Shown here: positions 31,572 through 32,000 of the stretch, one piece after another
How positions within the stretch are numbered: position 1 is the stretch's first letter
Layout: each line of letters starts with the position of its first letter
NCBI RefSeq assembly: GCF_000020025.1
Contig: NC_010628.1
Coordinates: forward strand, 3,390,001-3,422,000
Source: Nostoc punctiforme PCC 73102
Lineage (GTDB): Bacteria > Cyanobacteriota > Cyanobacteriia > Cyanobacteriales > Nostocaceae
Direction: 5' to 3'
Length of the DNA stretch: 32,000 nucleotides
Notes under the pieces: model-generated
The model's input: the letters and a program-made list of their open reading frames with translations, nothing else
What the model was told of the DNA's origin: nothing
Database searches by the model: none
Translations under genes and position numbers: made by a program

Positions 31572-32000
31572 CTACTTCGTTACCTCTGCTCCTGCTTTGT
31601 TTAACTCATTAGATGAAGAAATAGATTCTGTCTTCTCTGATTTCCTGTCACTCGTTTGTTGCAATTGGTTGAGATGAATATTGTTCACTTGAACAATAAA
31701 GTATTCTAATGCTTGACTTGTCTTTTGTTGCTGTTGCGTTTCGTCAGATATATCATAGCAGCGATAAGGTGGAGTCACACCCAATATAAATTTTTCTTGT
31801 TCAGCTTCTAATAATTCAACTGCTGTGTTAGCAGCAAGTGAATTCTTCTGAAAAGGAAAAGAGATAACTATACTGGCAACTATAGAAGCAATAGCTGGGC
31901 AGAGTACAGGTAGCCATTTGAGCCAAGCTTGTCCTGCTTCTAATTTGTCTACCAGAACTAAAATTGGTGTGACTCCTGATAAAATCACCGCAATTTGCAA
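31572..32000 (-). CDS. C-terminal part of a DUF4231/SLATT-like two-TM protein; the 5' end lies off the window
   Basis: Two hydrophobic helices (IAVILSGVTPILVLV; LPVLCPAIASIVASIVISF) are followed by FQKNSLAANTAVELLEAEQEKFILGVTPPY. This resembles the SLATT/DUF4231 pattern (TM-TM, then F.e.w..yr...E.L..E...f......PY). The initial 'M' in the ORF track is an artefact of the window edge. Confidence 0.4.
   Translation of the reverse strand: MQIAVILSGVTPILVLVDKLEAGQAWLKWLPVLCPAIASIVASIVISFPFQKNSLAANTAVELLEAEQEKFILGVTPPYRCYDISDETQQQQKTSQALEYFIVQVNNIHLNQLQQTSDRKSEKTESISSSNELNKAGAEVTK

Overview
This 32-kb chromosomal window looks like a filamentous, heterocyst-type cyanobacterium (Nostoc/Anabaena-like). 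Supporting signs are STRR-type heptamer repeats, a HetZ-family gene, petH with a CpcD-like N-domain, ccmK3/ccmK4, and many small hairpin repeats in intergenic DNA. Most genes are housekeeping or transport: mntH (partial), a SulP/STAS permease, an ABC exporter, a P450, an alpha/beta hydrolase, hom, petH, prk and metK. The standout is a GC-enriched three-gene minus-strand operon at 24766-30177. It encodes a bifunctional two-domain geosmin synthase followed by two tandem paralogous ~470-aa proteins. Such proteins are normally labelled cyclic-nucleotide-binding (cnb/Crp-like). Here they have no HTH, and their N- and C-terminal regions look like Family 2B encapsulin (HK97-fold) shell protomers carrying an inserted cNMP-like domain. 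I read this as a candidate terpene-cyclase nanocompartment with a two-paralog shell. The second item is a ParA-type ATPase translationally coupled to a coiled-coil, Q-rich protein ending in ...EMWLLD, about 1.3 kb from the ccmK3-ccmK4 satellite locus. This fits a Type-2 McdA/McdB carboxysome-positioning pair. Further items are a HetZ-family gene followed by a T2SS-E-N-like gene and a Crp regulator, and an AT-rich AlbA_2-domain gene that appears to have truncated a HEAT-repeat gene. There is also an Uma2-like remnant, a partial DUF4231/SLATT-like gene at the right edge, and a 1.4-kb repeat-laden AT-rich region upstream of geoA. All calls come from reading the sequence and the ORF translations; no database search was possible.
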